From the sequence record PP712906.1: a stretch of DNA of 64,000 nt; one strand, given 5' to 3'. The notes beneath the pieces were generated by a model, which had not been told where the DNA came from, made no database searches, and saw only the letters and a list, made by a program, of their open reading frames with translations. A program made the translations under genes and the position numbers. Of the stretch, positions 60,511 through 64,000 are shown in pieces; within the stretch, counting starts at the first letter, position 1; every line of letters begins with the position of its first letter.

Positions 60511-62757
60511 ATGAAACAGACGATCAACGTCGGGCAAATTGTTGATGACGGTACTGGTGATTACCTACGACAAGGTGGCATTAAGACCCGTGACAATTTC
60601 GACGAAATATACAGTCACTTAGGCGACGGTAGCAGACTCTATGCTGCCGGTGCTTGGCGCAATTGGAAATTTGCTTCTACATATCTAAACGGTGATACAT
60701 CGTACAACCCTGCTAACGCTGAACTGTATTTCGACGAGAACGGCGATGGTCAGGGTCCTGAACTACATACGAATTTCGGCGAGTCATGGACAGTCGATAC
60801 GTCGCTTGGTGCAGTCGATGTATATCTCCCAAGTGGTGTTGAAGAAGCCGACTATGGTAAAGCGATTCGCGTGCGTGATGTTAAAGGTACGTGGGACAAA
60901 CAACTTGTAACAATATACCCAGATTCGAAAGACTCAATCAAACGTGTTGCGGGTTCAACTCAGAACGAACTAGGTTCAGGTGCCGAATTCAGCAACGCAT
61001 ATCAAGATCTTGAACTAGTGTTTACGCCACCCCGTCACTGGGAATATGTTGCTCAGAAATACGTAAACGGGTTGACATTTGGCGATGTTCCGAGTGTATT
61101 ACGTCGCGCAATTATTGCACGTCAAGATCAACGTGATTTCAACATGTCACTTGAATTGAATGGTGGCGTGTACAACCAAGCCGCGGTTGAAGTATACCGT
61201 CGCGGTAACTTGCTGTACTTCGGAAACGACCTGAATGACTTCAGTGACTACGGATCAGTTCCGCTTCACACAGTCGATCCATGGGTTGCTAATAACCCTG
61301 AAACGTATTACGTAGGTGACTTAGTTCGCGGTGACGTGGTTACAGGTCGGGATGACCGAGTATGGCAGTGTATTGTTGAACACAACAGCATCGGTACGTG
61401 GGAAGAGAACAACTGGGCGGAATTTGCAGATTTTCCTGATTATCAACCACATGCAGGTTCAACTGCATATTCAGTAGGTGATGTGGTTACTCAAGTTGTA
61501 GGCGGTTTTGTTCAAACATTTGAATGCTTGATTTCACACACATCAGCGGCGGGTACAACTGACTTAACTACTGATAATCGCTGGAAGCAATTGACAAATG
61601 ACGACTTAGCACCACTTGATGGGCGTACAATTCGTCTTCGATTGCCTGCAAATGAGGCAGACCCGGTCGCAATGGTCACTTATTTGAGTGACGTATCAAG
61701 CTTCCGTAGTAGCTATGTTCTGAAGTCAATCAAAGTGATTGATGAAAATAACTATGGTGTTCAAGAATCACCGGGCGCGGTTGTTAAAAAAGATTTCGTA
61801 CCGGGAATGGAAGTTACACTATCAGATTTTGGTCTGCCTGAATATACTCAATTCAATACAGAAACGCTTGAAGTTCTACTTAACGGTACTCAGTTGACAA
61901 AATCAAACACTGCGGGGAATGGTGACAGCCAGAACGGCGGTGATTATGATTATGACTACATTCAAGATGCTGAAGGGCGCTGGAATACAATCGTATTTGC
62001 AGAAGCATTGGCTGATAGTGATGTGATCACAGTCAGATGGTACGATAACGTAATCGGAACTCTTTTGACATGGGATGAAGGCGATGACAACTTGCAAGAG
62101 CGTACACGTGAGATTTTCGTTTCTCGTGACGACTGGGCAGACGTTCGTCGATTCAACAAGATCATTTACACTGATCCACAAAACCCGTCTGCGGCTGTTA
62201 CTGAAGTTCTACCAGACCCAGAGACATTTGCACCAGGCGGAACGCTAGTTTCGTTATTTGAAAGTATATTCCCGATTGGCTCAGTGTATACGAATGCAAA
62301 CAACCCGAACAACCCCGCCGATTACATGGGATTTGGTACTTGGGTTCGCTATGCGCCAGGTCGTACAATCGTGGGATGGAACCCAAATGATGATGGAAAA
62401 TTCCATCGAAACAATAACAACGAAAACATTGTTCAAGCAGGTGGTACAGGCGGCTCGATTGGTGTGACTCTTACTAAAGAGAACATCCCTGAGCTAATAA
62501 GTACAACAAACCCTGACTACAACAGTGCTGGTGAACGCGACATCGGAAATGTCAACGAGCAATATAGCTTAGTTGCGCGTTCAGCAACATCGGGTGGTGA
62601 CATTAACTTGAACGGCTGTCTTGGTGACCCAGAGAACACAGTTCCTCTAGCTTACTACAAAGAAGAGCCAATCAAAGTCAACCACGGTCAAATCGCACAA
62701 GCAGTTGACGTAACTCAGCCATACATCACTGCATACACTTGGTTAAGGACTGCATAA
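60511..62757 (+). CDS. 10: baseplate wedge subunit / tail pin with inserted CBM5/12-like modules
   Basis: MKQ.IN.G..VDDGTGDYLR.GG.K, IFPIGSVY, QPYIT.Y.W.R; insert at 61279-61587. Confidence 0.92.
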   Translation: MKQTINVGQIVDDGTGDYLRQGGIKTRDNFDEIYSHLGDGSRLYAAGAWRNWKFASTYLNGDTSYNPANAELYFDENGDGQGPELHTNFGESWTVDTSLGAVDVYLPSGVEEADYGKAIRVRDVKGTWDKQLVTIYPDSKDSIKRVAGSTQNELGSGAEFSNAYQDLELVFTPPRHWEYVAQKYVNGLTFGDVPSVLRRAIIARQDQRDFNMSLELNGGVYNQAAVEVYRRGNLLYFGNDLNDFSDYGSVPLHTVDPWVANNPETYYVGDLVRGDVVTGRDDRVWQCIVEHNSIGTWEENNWAEFADFPDYQPHAGSTAYSVGDVVTQVVGGFVQTFECLISHTSAAGTTDLTTDNRWKQLTNDDLAPLDGRTIRLRLPANEADPVAMVTYLSDVSSFRSSYVLKSIKVIDENNYGVQESPGAVVKKDFVPGMEVTLSDFGLPEYTQFNTETLEVLLNGTQLTKSNTAGNGDSQNGGDYDYDYIQDAEGRWNTIVFAEALADSDVITVRWYDNVIGTLLTWDEGDDNLQERTREIFVSRDDWADVRRFNKIIYTDPQNPSAAVTEVLPDPETFAPGGTLVSLFESIFPIGSVYTNANNPNNPADYMGFGTWVRYAPGRTIVGWNPNDDGKFHRNNNNENIVQAGGTGGSIGVTLTKENIPELISTTNPDYNSAGERDIGNVNEQYSLVARSATSGGDINLNGCLGDPENTVPLAYYKEEPIKVNHGQIAQAVDVTQPYITAYTWLRTA

Positions 62758-63443
62758 TGACAACTAAAGCAAGACATGCGTCACGAGTGTGGAGCAATGA
62801 CTCGCGCATGAAGATTTTCGATCAAACAGCAATTGACGACTCGGGTTTATTCCCGGGTGGTCGCTTCAATTTCCGCGGTGCGGTATTAGGCGATTCAACA
62901 ATTGACGAAATTCAAGAAGGCGCGTGGGATCCGAACGTTCAAGCTGCAATTATGCAGCTTGCAATGGCAGCAATTTTGCCAGTCGGTACTATTATCTCGT
63001 CAACAGACGCAACGAACCCGTTTAACACGAACCAGTTCAACGAAACAATTACATTCACTGGGACTTCGGCAGTTGATAACATCAGCTTATATGGCGTTTC
63101 AGTGCAGTTGACTGTGGGCGATTCAGATAATGACATTGCAGAAAAAGTTTTCACGGCTCTGCACGCATCGAATCTGTTTGACACCGTTCCGACAGACCAC
63201 GTCGCGCCGTCAAACACGTTTCTATTGAAGCACCGCAGTTCTAGACCGCATAATCCTGCGTACTCAACGACGTTTGAAGACATTTTAGACCCAGAAGGTA
63301 GTCCAACTGGGATTCAAGCTAAAAGCGTCGTCACGGGTTCGTCAGACGGTCAGAAGAGCTTAGGTTACGGGGAATGGGAATTGTATCACACTGATACAAC
63401 AACATTCACTGATACTGTATATTACTACAGAAGGATTGCATAA
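62757..63443 (+). CDS. 11: baseplate wedge subunit / short fibre connector
   Basis: ILP.GT motif, G.W..YH; synteny. Confidence 0.8.
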   Translation: MTTKARHASRVWSNDSRMKIFDQTAIDDSGLFPGGRFNFRGAVLGDSTIDEIQEGAWDPNVQAAIMQLAMAAILPVGTIISSTDATNPFNTNQFNETITFTGTSAVDNISLYGVSVQLTVGDSDNDIAEKVFTALHASNLFDTVPTDHVAPSNTFLLKHRSSRPHNPAYSTTFEDILDPEGSPTGIQAKSVVTGSSDGQKSLGYGEWELYHTDTTTFTDTVYYYRRIA

Positions 63444-64000
63444 TGTCAGGAACAAACATATTCACGCACGCGAGTGACGAGGCAAAATATGTTTACCTGC
63501 AACCGTTCACTTCTCCCGGTTCAGCTTTTGAAGCGGGAGGAGATGTTCAGAGTATTTTGGAGCAAATTGATCCAAGCGCATTGCTACCACTGCCGCCGTT
63601 ACCTTATGCAACTTCGACTGAGAACGGTGCAGTTGAGTACTCGACTCAAGCAGAAGCTAATGCACTTGATGATTTATTGACTGTTCTTACACCCGAAACA
63701 TTAGACGGTGTTGATCAGTTTGTATCACCAGCAACCGATACTCAGCTAGGTAACTTACTTGAATTACGTTCAAGTGATTTGACTCGAACATATGCATCAT
63801 CAGATGCCAGTCGTTTGCTTTCATATCGTCGTCTTGAAGAAATGATGACGACTAGAAATGCACTTGCAGATGACACAACCAATGATTCTCAGGGGTTTGC
63901 TCAGTTTGCAACTCTAGCTGAATCATTAGCATACAACCCATCACGCATAATCTCGCCTATGCGAACTTGGAACTTGATTAAAAAAGAAATTCCAAACCCA
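63443..64000 (+). CDS. 12: short tail fibre (truncated by the window end)
   Basis: MSGTNIFTHASDEAKYV...AT.TENG.V...TQ.E..., TP.TL repeats resemble the T4 gp12 N-terminus. Confidence 0.8.
   Translation, partial: MSGTNIFTHASDEAKYVYLQPFTSPGSAFEAGGDVQSILEQIDPSALLPLPPLPYATSTENGAVEYSTQAEANALDDLLTVLTPETLDGVDQFVSPATDTQLGNLLELRSSDLTRTYASSDASRLLSYRRLEEMMTTRNALADDTTNDSQGFAQFATLAESLAYNPSRIISPMRTWNLIKKEIPNP

Overview
Segment of a large T4-like (Straboviridae-like) myophage genome; the host cannot be determined from the window. Left (1-16.3 kb, mostly +): a GT-B glycosyltransferase, nrdA-mobE-nrdB-nrdC, an SLT protein, an AAA ATPase, topoisomerase gp52, queE, an ADP-ribosyltransferase-fold protein, an M15 endolysin, phoH and a DUF2829 (Tad2-like) protein. 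16.4-23.7 kb (-): two paralogous gp36/37-like distal tail fibres, each with an S74 chaperone domain. 23.7-27.2 kb (-): an RNase H-like YkuK protein, a DUF2828 TROVE/vWA-like protein and a cyclic-phosphate receiver-like protein. 27.9-38.7 kb (-): an array of 30 tRNA genes covering all 20 amino acids, with two homing endonucleases and many structured non-coding spacers. 38.7-64 kb: gp57B (Acb1-like), 57A, 1, 3 and a baseplate module (29?, 51, 26, 54, 2, 4, 48, 53, 27, 5, PAAR, 25, 6-12). Main finding: a family of about 8 spacer RNAs in the tRNA array share one motif, a terminal helix with covarying sequence followed by C(A/U/C)GCAA nine nucleotides after the first paired G. The same motif sequesters the RBS and AUG of the TROVE-like DUF2828 gene. 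Two copies have tRNA-like domains arranged as in bacterial Y RNAs. This points to a phage Ro60/Y-RNA-like ribonucleoprotein system with probable translational autoregulation. All structures and protein family calls were made by eye, without folding or database searches.
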